31,488 nt of DNA, taken from a virus (taxonomy: Duplodnaviria > Heunggongvirae > Uroviricota > Caudoviricetes). The stretch lies in the IMG/VR virus record IMGVR_UViG_2778261316_000005; one strand, written 5' to 3'. Shown here piece after piece: positions 1-8,567 of the stretch. Under the pieces are notes generated by a model. It had not been told where the DNA came from. It ran no database searches and saw only the letters and a list, made by a program, of their open reading frames with translations. Numbering within the stretch: position 1 is the stretch's first letter; every line of letters starts with the position of its first letter. Made by a program: the position numbers and the translations under genes.

Positions 1-678
1 ATGTCAAAGACCACTTGCAGGAAATGTGGAAGCGAAGTAGAGCGAAAAGAGAAAAAATGCCCTTACTGTGCAGCAAAAAACCCAGGCATGAGATGGTGGA
101 AGCCGGTGATATTTATCATTGTCCTGGTCGCGCTACTCAAGGCTTGTTCGTACATACCTGATCCAGATCCGGCAAATCTTAGAAACAAAAATACCACCCT
201 CAAAGAATGGCGCAGCATGCTAAGAGATGACAGGTTGAAGTTTATTGATAGCTACCTTGCGCAAGAAAAAATCATCACCTCCGATACTGGTGGATTCTAT
301 AAATGCATCAGCCAGCACTCATATACGAAAAATGATGAGATTAAAGTTGATGAAGCTCTTGGCTGGTGTAAACAAGACTACCTTAAGAATCCCTCGGCTC
401 TATACCAGATGATTGATTTCGACAGATTTATCAGCAACACACGAAAATCTGACAGCTCTTACATCCCCATTACCAGGGATATAAAAAATAAGATGAACGA
501 CCCTTCATCATTCAAGCATCTTGAAACTAGCTATCGGTTTGTACTGGATAATTCAACACCGTATGCGATAGTCACCACGGTCTATCAAGGAAAAAATGCT
601 TACGGTGCGTCCGTCAAAAACTCGATAAAAGCCAAAGTTGACCTTTCCTCCGGCAGCGTAATTGAATATCTCAATTAA
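1..678 (+). CDS. hypothetical protein with N-terminal zinc ribbon (CxxC-x11-CxxC), one transmembrane helix and a ~170 aa C-terminal domain; AT-rich, probable cargo or host gene
   Basis: 225 aa ORF starting at nt 1 with ATG; MSKTTCRKCGSEVERKEKKCPYC followed by hydrophobic WWKPVIFIIVLVALL; GC roughly 40% versus mid-50s for the phage; followed by a hairpin terminator. Confidence 0.55.
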   Translation: MSKTTCRKCGSEVERKEKKCPYCAAKNPGMRWWKPVIFIIVLVALLKACSYIPDPDPANLRNKNTTLKEWRSMLRDDRLKFIDSYLAQEKIITSDTGGFYKCISQHSYTKNDEIKVDEALGWCKQDYLKNPSALYQMIDFDRFISNTRKSDSSYIPITRDIKNKMNDPSSFKHLETSYRFVLDNSTPYAIVTTVYQGKNAYGASVKNSIKAKVDLSSGSVIEYLN

Positions 679-684
679 ACAAAA

Positions 685-704
685 AGCCCCGCAATTGCGG
701 GGCT
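685..704. terminator. bidirectional intrinsic terminator between convergent ORF1 and ogr
   Basis: Perfect 20-nt palindrome AGCCCCGCAA/TTGCGGGGCT flanked by A5 on one side and T5 on the other. Confidence 0.7.
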
Positions 705-707
705 TTT

Positions 708-956
708 TCACATTGCAAAACTGAGTTGATCGTTACCGTAGTGCGATGCGGGAAACGCATCTGAGGGAATGAAATCAGCCGGTAACTTTTCGCGGGGGGC
801 GCGTTTGGTTACCAGTTTCTCAACGCTGTTGAGCGTAGTAAACGTAATACTGCATTCGAAATTCTGGCACTGGTGATAATGCCGGACTGTCATTTCACTA
901 AGATGGCGACTGGTGCGCGTACGGGCGACGGCACCACAAACAGGACACTTAAACAT
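708..956 (-). CDS. ogr: Ogr/Delta-family zinc-finger late transcription activator
   Basis: MFKCPVCGA...RTSRH...RHYHQCQNFECSITF closely resembles P2 Ogr (MFHCPLCQH...RTSRY...RYHQCQNVNCSATF), including the Cys4 zinc motif. Confidence 0.9.
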   Translation of the reverse strand: MFKCPVCGAVARTRTSRHLSEMTVRHYHQCQNFECSITFTTLNSVEKLVTKRAPREKLPADFIPSDAFPASHYGNDQLSFAM

Positions 957-1001
957 AATGGCCTCCCATGGCGGGAGTTGAACTCGCTCATATTATGGCC
1001 G

Positions 1002-2156
1002 CTATGATTCGGTTTCTGCAATCCATTCAGGTATTTTTGCTTCCAGCTCCAGACGTGTTTTAAACCCACTATCGTCAATAGTGTGGCTTGCCTTCGCAAT
1101 TACCCAGTCCTGTCCGTCAATGACGTCTTTGAAGTCCGTTACCGTTCCGTGCATCTCCGGATACAGATCCGCGCGCCCGTAAGCCAGGGTTAGAGAGAAT
1201 TCAGCAGCTCCGCGCTGGAGTTGTTGCCATTTTGCAGCTGCTGCACGTTGTGCGGCCATCTCGCTGCTGTACGTCGTACGGAGTACAAAAACGTTACCAT
1301 CTTCACCGGCAATATAGTCCCCTTCCCGGCTGCTGCTGCGCGGCTTTTTATCTGCGGTTTTCTTCCGCTTTTTAACAGTGACCTTTTTCTTTTTCCCGAA
1401 ATCCATATCCAGCCAGTACGCCTGCACGCCAGTGTATGCGTCGCGATCTGCAATCCGGAAAGAATGGCGATCTCCACTGCTGCGCGTGATGGAAAATTCC
1501 GGCAACGCTCTGCCGTTTGCGCTTACACCACCACCAGGCAGGATGAAGAGCAGGTAACCATTTTTCACAGTTGCAATAGCGCCCAGCATTTCCGCCATGC
1601 GCGTCAGAAACGACATATCGCTTTCCTGCGTCTGATCTGCATGATCGATCTCGGCGGACATCAGTTGCTCTGAGATGAGAGGTTTTAACTTGTACCTGTG
1701 AGCTATAGCAGAGACGATGCGCTCTACTGTAACGTCATGCCACGACACCTCCCGCTTAACGTTAAATTCATCGCGGAAATCTGCACTTCTGGCCGTGATC
1801 TCGATACGGTCCGGCGGCCCTGAGTGCGCAATTTCATCCACGATGAAAATCCCTTTGTGTACCAGTTTTTCTCCCTGCCAGCCTATCGCTACCGATAATT
1901 CAGCGCCACGTGGCGGTAACTCAATATCTCCCTGGCTGTCATCAACAGTGATAGTCAGTTCATCAGCGTTAAAGCCCCTGTTATCTGTTAATTCTAACGA
2001 AAGTATTTTCTCATCCAGCATGATCAGCGCCTTGCCGCCAAGCATGACGTTAAACGCTGGCACACGTGACAGGTCGCCAGGATAATTTTTGAATTTCTCA
2101 GCACCTGCATTCAGCAGGCTTTTTGCGCTCTCTATTGCGTCAGTTGTCAGTGCCAT
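1002..2156 (-). CDS. D: tail protein gpD (late control gene D family)
   Basis: Conserved LSLELTDNRGF...GDIELPPRGAEL...DEIAHSGPPDRIEITARSADF block. Start placed at ATG 2156 (MALTT...) because of the strong RBS GGGAGGAGAAAGCG; the ORF-track start at 2237 has no RBS and would overlap the promoter dyad. Gives 384 aa, P2 D-like size. Confidence 0.85.
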   Translation of the reverse strand: MALTTDAIESAKSLLNAGAEKFKNYPGDLSRVPAFNVMLGGKALIMLDEKILSLELTDNRGFNADELTITVDDSQGDIELPPRGAELSVAIGWQGEKLVHKGIFIVDEIAHSGPPDRIEITARSADFRDEFNVKREVSWHDVTVERIVSAIAHRYKLKPLISEQLMSAEIDHADQTQESDMSFLTRMAEMLGAIATVKNGYLLFILPGGGVSANGRALPEFSITRSSGDRHSFRIADRDAYTGVQAYWLDMDFGKKKKVTVKKRKKTADKKPRSSSREGDYIAGEDGNVFVLRTTYSSEMAAQRAAAAKWQQLQRGAAEFSLTLAYGRADLYPEMHGTVTDFKDVIDGQDWVIAKASHTIDDSGFKTRLELEAKIPEWIAETES

Positions 2157-2214
2157 CGCTTTCTCCTCCCGCAAATATTTCCATGCGCGCGCGATAGGAC
2201 AAACAGCCTTTTGT

Positions 2215-2232
2215 TGTCGCCTTTCTGCTACA
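2215..2232. promoter_or_regulatory. TGT-N12-ACA dyad (Ogr-type late promoter activator site) between the divergent FI and D starts
   Basis: TGTcgcctttctgctACA; centre about 55 bp upstream of a plausible FI transcript start (FI ATG at 2308) and about 65 bp from the D ATG on the other strand. Confidence 0.45.
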
Positions 2233-2307
2233 TCCATCGCAACGTGTCTGCTGCCCGGAATTCAGCGAATATCACCATGAACTCACTAAACATGATGGCG
2301 GTAGAGT

Positions 2308-3489
2308 ATGACCGACAACCTTTTCCACGGGGCGCGCACCAAAGAAAACACCGACCTCCAGACCGCGATCAATGACATTGATTCAACGGTCATTGGTCTG
2401 GTTGCGGTGGCCGATGATGCCGATCCCCTCACCTTTCCACTTGATACGCCAGTCCTGATCACTCGCGTGATTAGCGTGCTGGGTAAGGCGGGCAAAACAG
2501 GCTCACTGTATAAATCTCTCAAGGCTATTTCCGACCAGGTCAGCACGCGTGTAATTGTTGTTCGTGTCGCTGAAGCAAAGGAAGGAGAAAATGCCAAAAC
2601 GCAATCCCAGCTCATTATCGGTGGCACGCAGGCTGACGGAAGCTATACCGGGATGTTTGCCCTGTTGACCGCAGAGCAGAAAACCGGTTATCGCCCTCGC
2701 ATCCTCGGCATTCCGATGTACGACACGCAGGAAGTGACCGCACAGCTGCGCGTAATTGCGAAGCAGCTACGTGCATTCTCTTACAGCTACTGCGATGGCT
2801 GCGAGACTATCGCCGAAGCGAAAACCTACCGCGAGCAGTTCGCAGAGCGTGAAGGGATGATGATTTGGCCCAACTTCATCGCCTTCAACCCGCAGACCGG
2901 CGTTAATGAAGAATTCCCGGCTGTTGCCTATGCGCTTGGCCTGCGGGCACTGATTGATAATGAGCAGGGCTGGCACAAATCACTTTCTAACGTTGCGGTG
3001 AAAAACGTCCTGGGTATCTCTAAAGACGTGTTCTGGGCGTTACAGGCTGAGGACTCCGACGCTAACGAGCTGAACGCTAACGAGATTACCACGCTGATCA
3101 AACGCGATGGCTTCCGGTTCTGGGGTAACCGTACCACCGACACCGAAGAGTATATTTTCGAGGTGTTTACCCGGACGGCCCAAATTCTTGCGGACAGCAT
3201 TGCGGAAGCACAATTCACCACCGTGGACAAACCGCTTACCCCGGCTAACGTCAAAGACGTAGTAAGCGGGATCAATGCCAAACTTCAGGCGCTGGTCACT
3301 GCTGGCAAACTGATTGGTGCTGCATGCTGGTTTGATATTGTCGATAACCCGACCACCGGTATTCGCCAGGGTAAAGCTGTTGTTCGCTACAACTACAGCC
3401 CCGTACCACCGCTGGAAAACCTGACGCTGATCCAGACGTTTACCGATCAGTATTACGAACCAGCCTTTGCATCGCTGGGAGGTGCATAA
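2308..3489 (+). CDS. FI: contractile tail sheath protein gpFI
   Basis: 393 aa; strong similarity to P2 FI throughout (LRAFSYSYCDG..., GWHKSLSNV..., TTLIKRDGFRFWGNRT..., YSPVPPLENLTLIQ). Confidence 0.95.
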   Translation: MTDNLFHGARTKENTDLQTAINDIDSTVIGLVAVADDADPLTFPLDTPVLITRVISVLGKAGKTGSLYKSLKAISDQVSTRVIVVRVAEAKEGENAKTQSQLIIGGTQADGSYTGMFALLTAEQKTGYRPRILGIPMYDTQEVTAQLRVIAKQLRAFSYSYCDGCETIAEAKTYREQFAEREGMMIWPNFIAFNPQTGVNEEFPAVAYALGLRALIDNEQGWHKSLSNVAVKNVLGISKDVFWALQAEDSDANELNANEITTLIKRDGFRFWGNRTTDTEEYIFEVFTRTAQILADSIAEAQFTTVDKPLTPANVKDVVSGINAKLQALVTAGKLIGAACWFDIVDNPTTGIRQGKAVVRYNYSPVPPLENLTLIQTFTDQYYEPAFASLGGA

Positions 3490-4005
3490 ATGGCTATTCC
3501 GAAGAAACTCCGCCTGTTCACGATGTTTGTCGATGGCGACAACTACATCGGGAAGATCCCCAGCGTCACGCTCCCCAAAATTACCCGCAAAACGGAAGAT
3601 TATCAGGGTGGCGGGATGCTTGGCTCCGCTGCTGTTGACCTCGGCCTTGATTCAGGTGCACTGGATGCATCAATGGTTGTTGGCGGCATGGTCGAAGAGC
3701 TGATCCTGAAATGGGGCGGGGATATTGACGAACTACGCACGCGCTTTGTCGGTGAGATCTACAGCGGTGGAACAAGTTCCCTGCTTGAGGTCGAGATGCG
3801 CGGACGTATTACCGAAGTTGACCAGGGCGAAGCCAAGCAGGGTGATGACACCAGCCATACTTATGCGCTCAAAAATACGTATTACAAGCTCTCCGTGGAT
3901 GACAAGCCTTTGCTGGAAATCGACCTGCTGAACTTCATCTACAAGCGCAACGGCAAGAGTCTCTACCCGGACCGCATTGCGTCCGCCCTGGGCCTCGGCC
4001 AGTAA
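3490..4005 (+). CDS. FII: tail tube protein gpFII
   Basis: 171 aa; MAIPKKLRLFTMFVDG...VTLPKITRKTEDYQGGGMLGS matches the P2 FII N-terminus; RBS GGAGG upstream. Confidence 0.95.
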   Translation: MAIPKKLRLFTMFVDGDNYIGKIPSVTLPKITRKTEDYQGGGMLGSAAVDLGLDSGALDASMVVGGMVEELILKWGGDIDELRTRFVGEIYSGGTSSLLEVEMRGRITEVDQGEAKQGDDTSHTYALKNTYYKLSVDDKPLLEIDLLNFIYKRNGKSLYPDRIASALGLGQ

Positions 4006-4058
4006 TCTTTTTTAACCACTACCAATGGCGGCCAGCCTGGCCGCCCGGAGAAAGAATA

Positions 4059-4358
4059 ATGTCAGTAATTCTCAGCCAACCCATTAAACGCGGCGACCAG
4101 GAAATCAAATCCGTCGCAATCACCGACACAATCAAGCAGGCTGGCTCACTGCGCGGGCTGCGTCTGGTTGACGTTCTTAACTTCGACTATGACGCGGTAT
4201 CAACTCTGTTGACACGCGTCACCGCGCCTCAGCTGACAACCACTGATATTTCCTCAATGGCGACCGGCGACTTTACGGCGCTGTGCGAAGAAATCACGCC
4301 TTTTTTGACGAAAGCGGCGCCGTCCGCACCGAGCGAGGCGGCGACGGCGAGCAAGTAA
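4059..4358 (+). CDS. E: tail assembly chaperone gpE (zero-frame product)
   Basis: 99 aa; position between FII and tape measure; contains the slippery heptamer TTTTTTG at 4301-4307. Confidence 0.85.
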   Translation: MSVILSQPIKRGDQEIKSVAITDTIKQAGSLRGLRLVDVLNFDYDAVSTLLTRVTAPQLTTTDISSMATGDFTALCEEITPFLTKAAPSAPSEAATASK

Positions 4359-4531
4359 GAGAGGCAGTATTCAGCGATGTCGACGATCTGATCGCTGACA
4401 TCGCTGTGATATTTCACTGGCCGCCCTCCGAAATGCACAGCATGGAGTTGCGCGAGCTGATGGCCTGGCGCGAACGGGCGGCCATCAGAAGCGGTAACCA
4501 TGAGAAGGAGGATGACGACGATGGATCTTAG
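4059..4531 (+). CDS. E': gpE+E' fusion produced by programmed -1 ribosomal frameshift at TTTTTTG (4301-4307)
   Basis: The -1 frame continues open from the slippery site (…PF|FDESGAVRTERGG…) to 4531, overlapping the tape-measure start, as in P2 E/E'. Confidence 0.75.
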
Positions 4532-7493
4532 TATTCGCGTTGCGTTCAGTGCAATTGACAAGCTCACCCGCCCGGTCAGCGCCGCCAGTAAAGCCATTGG
4601 CGGCCTTTCTGACTCCCTCAAAAAAACACAGTCTTCCATCAGAGACCTGGAAAAAAGCGCAACGTCATTTGATAAGCTGCGCTCGCAAGCCAATGACACT
4701 GCGCAGAAGCTGAAAAGCACCCAGCGGGCCTTTGACGGTCTCAACCAGAAACAACGCGAAGGCGGCCAGCTTACTGAAGCCCAGACGGCACGACTTGAGT
4801 CGCTTCGCACCAAACTTTCCCGGCTGACTGAAACCTACAGCAGGCAAACGACGCAGCTGCGCACAGCTGCGCAGGCAGTGCGCCAGCATGGGGTTAACCT
4901 CACCACCGGCAGCGGCGCCATTCAGAGTGCCATCAGGCGTACGGAGCAATACAACCAGACGCTTGAGCGCGAACGTCGCCAGCTGGCAGCTACCCAGAAA
5001 GCCCAGGCCAGATACGATCGGGCAAAAGAGACTGCGGGCAAACTTCGCGGTGCTGGTATGGGTATGATGCTTGGCACTGCTGCTGCGGGCTATGCTGGCG
5101 GATCATTCCTGGCGCCTGCGATTGGTTTCGACGAGGAAATGTCACGTGTCCAGGCATTAACCCGCCTTAACAAAGACTCTTCCCAGATGGGAGATCTGCG
5201 GGCGCAGGCTAAAAAACTCGGTGCAGAAACCGCATTCACCTCACGCGATGCAGCCAGCGGGCAGGCATTTCTTGCAATGGCTGGCTTTACCCCAGAAGCT
5301 ATTCAGGCGGCATTGCCCGGCGTTCTGAATATGGCGCTGGCCGGCGGCATGGATCTTGGTGAAAGTGCCGACATCAGCTCCAACATTCTTTCGCAGTTCC
5401 GTCTCGATCCAAAGGAAATGGATCGGGTCAGTGATGTTTTGACCGCAGCATTTACCCGTACCAACACCGATTTAATGAACATCGGTGAGGCTATGAAGTA
5501 TGCAGGAACCGGGATGGCCGGTCTTGGCGTTGATGTTGAACGCACAACCGCCATGATCGGTGTAATGGCGAACGTTGGCCTGCGCGGAAGTATTGCAGGT
5601 ACGGGACTGCAAACCACCTTCTCGCGTCTGGCCGCACCAACAGGTAAAGCTCAGGCAGCCCTGAAAGAATTGGGCGTTTCTGTTGCCGATGCCACCGGAA
5701 AAATGCGACCGGCCGAAGTGGTCCTGTCTGATATTTATAAATCTATCAAAAAGTACGGTGACACAGACCAGTTGTCATTCTTCAAAGACATAGCAGGTGA
5801 GGAAGCAGCAAAGTCATTTCAGGCGCTGGTTAGATCGGCTGGTAGCGGTGAGCTGCAAAAACTCCTTGCCGATTTGCGCGGCTCTCAGGGTGAAGCGCAG
5901 AAGGCAGCGAAGGTCATGGCTGACAACCTCAGCGGTGATCTGAAAAACCTGGACAGCGCATGGGAGGGTTTCCGCATTCAGGTTGAGGAGACTGCCGACG
6001 GCCCTCTGCGCTCTCTCACTCAGGGGCTTAGCGATATGATCACCGCTGCCAGCACCTGGGTAAAAGAAAACCCCCGCCTGACACAAACAATCATTCTGGT
6101 TGTCGGTGGGGCACTCGCACTGGTTGCGGCAATTGGCGCTGCGTCACTGGCGATGGGTATTCTTATTGGCCCCCTCACCAAACTTCAGCTCGGTTTTTCA
6201 CTGCTGACCGGTGGTCGCGGGCTACTCGGCACCATTGCAGCTTTTCGCACTCTCGGCACTGTCGCGGGCCCGGCCATGGCGAACGTCAGAGGATGGTCCG
6301 TCGTACTGTCAGGAATCGCCCCTAACCTGGGAAGAATTTCAGCTATTCTCCCTGCGGTTCGCTCTGGTCTGCTTACCGCATTCCTGTCTCCTGGCGCACT
6401 TTTGGGATCGCTGACTAAAAACATTGGCATGTTGCTGTTGCGCCTCACTGGCTTGCCAGCAATCTGGGGCATGATCACCGGTGCGGTATCTATTCTTGGT
6501 GGGGCTTTATCTTTCTTACTCAGTCCAATAGGCCTGATTGGCGCCGCATTTGTCGCTGCGGGGTTGCTAATCTGGCGATACTGGGAACCCATTAAGGCGT
6601 TTTTCCTCGGTATGTTTACCGGAGTTATGCAGGCGATTTCACCTCTCAGGGATACCTTTGCCACCTTTTCCCCCATCTTTGACATGATCAGCAATGGGGT
6701 TAAATCCGTCTGGCAGTGGTTTACGAACCTCTTATCGCCAGTGCAGACCAGCAAGGAGACGCTTGATAAATGCACGAGCGCTGGGGAGACTTTCGGTAAC
6801 GTGCTCGGCGGGGCAATTAACCTTGTTCTGACCCCCGCAAAAATGCTCCTTGATACTTTAGGCTGGATACTCGAAAAGCTTGGCGTGTTACCCGATGAAG
6901 CAGAGAGGGCGAGCAAGAAACTGGATACCGCGAGAGCCAAAGCCAACGACCTGACTCCCAAAAAACCAGTTTCATGGGAGTGGGACCCACAGCAAAAGAA
7001 AATGGTCCAGAAGGAATGGAACTGGTCCCCCAAAAAAGCAGAGTCGCCAGTTGCTACTGGCGCACCACCAGGGGCCTCGCCACTGTCAGGAAATACCGGT
7101 ACGCAAAGACGTCTGCAAAGCATCGCAGACAATACAAAAGCAACCGCTGACAACACCAAGAAAGTCGGTCCGGGCGACATTATTTTCAAAAACCTGCCGC
7201 GTGCTCTGGCTTTGCGTGGCGCATACCAGGAAGCGCGTGTCACACCGCAATCAGTACCGCGAGTGGCAACACCCGCAGCTGGCGGCATTATTTCAGCGAC
7301 AGCAGCCACACAGGCTCCGGTATCAGCTCCTGTTACCGCTCCGACCGGCGGTGCCCCAGTTTTTAACATTACCTTTAACGATGTTGGTAAGCGCACGGAT
7401 CAGGAGCTGGAGAGAATGATGCGCAATGTTGTGCGTGATGCGATGGCCAGCACCGGCAGAATTAACCGTGGTTCTTTCCGCGACAGAGATTAG
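4521..7493 (+). CDS. T: tail tape measure protein gpT
   Basis: About 990 aa with coiled-coil N-terminal part, hydrophobic Gly/Ala-rich central segments and a C-terminal region; start placed at the ATG 9 nt after AGGAGG (the ORF is open from 4500). Confidence 0.9.
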   Translation: MDLSIRVAFSAIDKLTRPVSAASKAIGGLSDSLKKTQSSIRDLEKSATSFDKLRSQANDTAQKLKSTQRAFDGLNQKQREGGQLTEAQTARLESLRTKLSRLTETYSRQTTQLRTAAQAVRQHGVNLTTGSGAIQSAIRRTEQYNQTLERERRQLAATQKAQARYDRAKETAGKLRGAGMGMMLGTAAAGYAGGSFLAPAIGFDEEMSRVQALTRLNKDSSQMGDLRAQAKKLGAETAFTSRDAASGQAFLAMAGFTPEAIQAALPGVLNMALAGGMDLGESADISSNILSQFRLDPKEMDRVSDVLTAAFTRTNTDLMNIGEAMKYAGTGMAGLGVDVERTTAMIGVMANVGLRGSIAGTGLQTTFSRLAAPTGKAQAALKELGVSVADATGKMRPAEVVLSDIYKSIKKYGDTDQLSFFKDIAGEEAAKSFQALVRSAGSGELQKLLADLRGSQGEAQKAAKVMADNLSGDLKNLDSAWEGFRIQVEETADGPLRSLTQGLSDMITAASTWVKENPRLTQTIILVVGGALALVAAIGAASLAMGILIGPLTKLQLGFSLLTGGRGLLGTIAAFRTLGTVAGPAMANVRGWSVVLSGIAPNLGRISAILPAVRSGLLTAFLSPGALLGSLTKNIGMLLLRLTGLPAIWGMITGAVSILGGALSFLLSPIGLIGAAFVAAGLLIWRYWEPIKAFFLGMFTGVMQAISPLRDTFATFSPIFDMISNGVKSVWQWFTNLLSPVQTSKETLDKCTSAGETFGNVLGGAINLVLTPAKMLLDTLGWILEKLGVLPDEAERASKKLDTARAKANDLTPKKPVSWEWDPQQKKMVQKEWNWSPKKAESPVATGAPPGASPLSGNTGTQRRLQSIADNTKATADNTKKVGPGDIIFKNLPRALALRGAYQEARVTPQSVPRVATPAAGGIISATAATQAPVSAPVTAPTGGAPVFNITFNDVGKRTDQELERMMRNVVRDAMASTGRINRGSFRDRD

Positions 7494-7502
7494 GTGACGA
7501 TT

Positions 7503-7991
7503 ATGATGATGGTTTTTGGAATGTTCGTTTTTATGCTGCGCACCACCCCTTACCAGCAACTCCAGCACTCGCAGGAGTGGAGGCACGTAAAAAACGAGCG
7601 GGTTAACCAGTCAGCTGGCTGGCAGTACATTGGCGCCGGTGATGACAATATAACGCTGTCAGGCGTCCTTTACCCGGAAATCACCGGTGGAAATCTCTCG
7701 CTGTCAGCCCTTGAAACTATCGGCTACGCAGGGCGCCCATGGCCCCTTATTGAGGGTACGGGGCGTATTTATGGTATGTACGTTTTAACACGTCTGGAGC
7801 GGGGCAAGTCCGAGTTTGACCGATTTGGGAATCCAAAAAAAATCGAATTCACCCTCAGCCTGAGCCGTGTCGATGCGGATTACAGGGAGAAGCTACAAAG
7901 CTCGACCGTCAGCGATGCCCTGGCGGGGTTAAAGACGAGTGCAAATAATGCGATAAACCAGGTGAAAGACTCGCTCAACGGCCTGTTTTAG
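7503..7991 (+). CDS. U: tail protein gpU
   Basis: MMMVFGMFVFMLRTTPYQQL...WRH matches the P2 U N-terminus (MMMVLGLFVFMLETAPFQEL); AGGTGA RBS 5 nt upstream. The ORF-track GTG at 7494 lies inside the RBS. Confidence 0.9.
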   Translation: MMMVFGMFVFMLRTTPYQQLQHSQEWRHVKNERVNQSAGWQYIGAGDDNITLSGVLYPEITGGNLSLSALETIGYAGRPWPLIEGTGRIYGMYVLTRLERGKSEFDRFGNPKKIEFTLSLSRVDADYREKLQSSTVSDALAGLKTSANNAINQVKDSLNGLF

Positions 7992-7998
7992 TGATGCC

Positions 7999-8567
7999 TT
8001 AAGCCCCTTCATGTTCCCTTCTTGCTGAAGGGAACTTTTTATAAAGCGTCGACATTCCGACATCAAAAATAATAGCCACCCGCTGTCGTTTCTCCCCTGC
8101 GGCTATCAGTCTTCCCGCCTGTTCCCATTGCTGCTTTGTCAGTTTAGGTCGCCTCCCGCCTATCCTTCCTTCTGCGCGGGCAGCAACCAAACCGGTGCGG
8201 GTGCGCTCAACGATTAACTCTCTCTCCATTTCTGCCAGCGCCCCATGACGTGAAAGAAAAAGCGCCCCATAGGTGTTGAGGTATCAATGCTGTCTGTCAG
8301 GCTGCGGAAGTTAACACCGCGATTGCGTAGCTCTTCGATCATTGTCACCAGGTGTCGCATGCTCCGCCCGAGACGATCAAGCTTCCAGACAACCAGCGTA
8401 TCCCCCTCCGATAAGGTCCGTAATAAACGCTTAAGGCCCGGCCTTTCCGCTTTTGTTCCGCTTATTTTGTCTTCAAATATTTGTACACATCCTGCGCTTT
8501 CCAGTGCATTTCTTTGCAGCGCGGTGTTCTGGTCATTTGTTGACACCCTTACATAGCCGATCAGCAT
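7999..8567 (-). pseudogene. Hin/Gin/Pin/Cin-family serine DNA invertase, split by a 1-nt frameshift (or homopolymer sequencing error)
   Basis: The N-terminal ORF (8214-8567) has the catalytic motif YVRVSTNDQ and ...MGRFFFHVM; the C-terminal ORF (7999-8229) has the HTH domain ...ALAEMERELIVERTRTGL... in another frame. One base is missing in the run at 8241-8244; the joined product would be about 189 aa. Confidence 0.8.
8013..8040 (+). terminator. intrinsic terminator of the FI-U operon
   Basis: Stem GTTCCCTT / AAGGGAAC with a 7-nt loop followed by TTTTT, 22 nt after the U stop; it lies inside the 3' coding end of the minus-strand invertase. Confidence 0.6.

Noticed and set aside
1221-2085. 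Plus-strand ORFs (150 aa and 122 aa) overlapping gene D
   Set aside because: Antisense to the confidently identified D gene; no RBS and no recognisable protein features.
2157-2237. Upstream ORF-track start for D at 2237 (MDVAERRQQ…)
   Set aside because: No RBS, would overlap the TGT-N12-ACA dyad, and gives an N-terminal extension absent from gpD; ATG 2156 has a strong GGAGG RBS.
2157-2307. Possible gix-like invertase site at the D/FI junction that could explain the FI-U inversion
   Set aside because: No convincing match to the AAACC-NN-GGTTT core found by eye; the inversion is reported as a rearrangement of unknown mechanism.
6185-7396. 403-aa ORF on the minus strand inside the tape-measure gene
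   Set aside because: Antisense to a well-supported GC-rich structural gene; Ala/Gly/Pro/Arg-rich sequence typical of spurious antisense ORFs; no start context.
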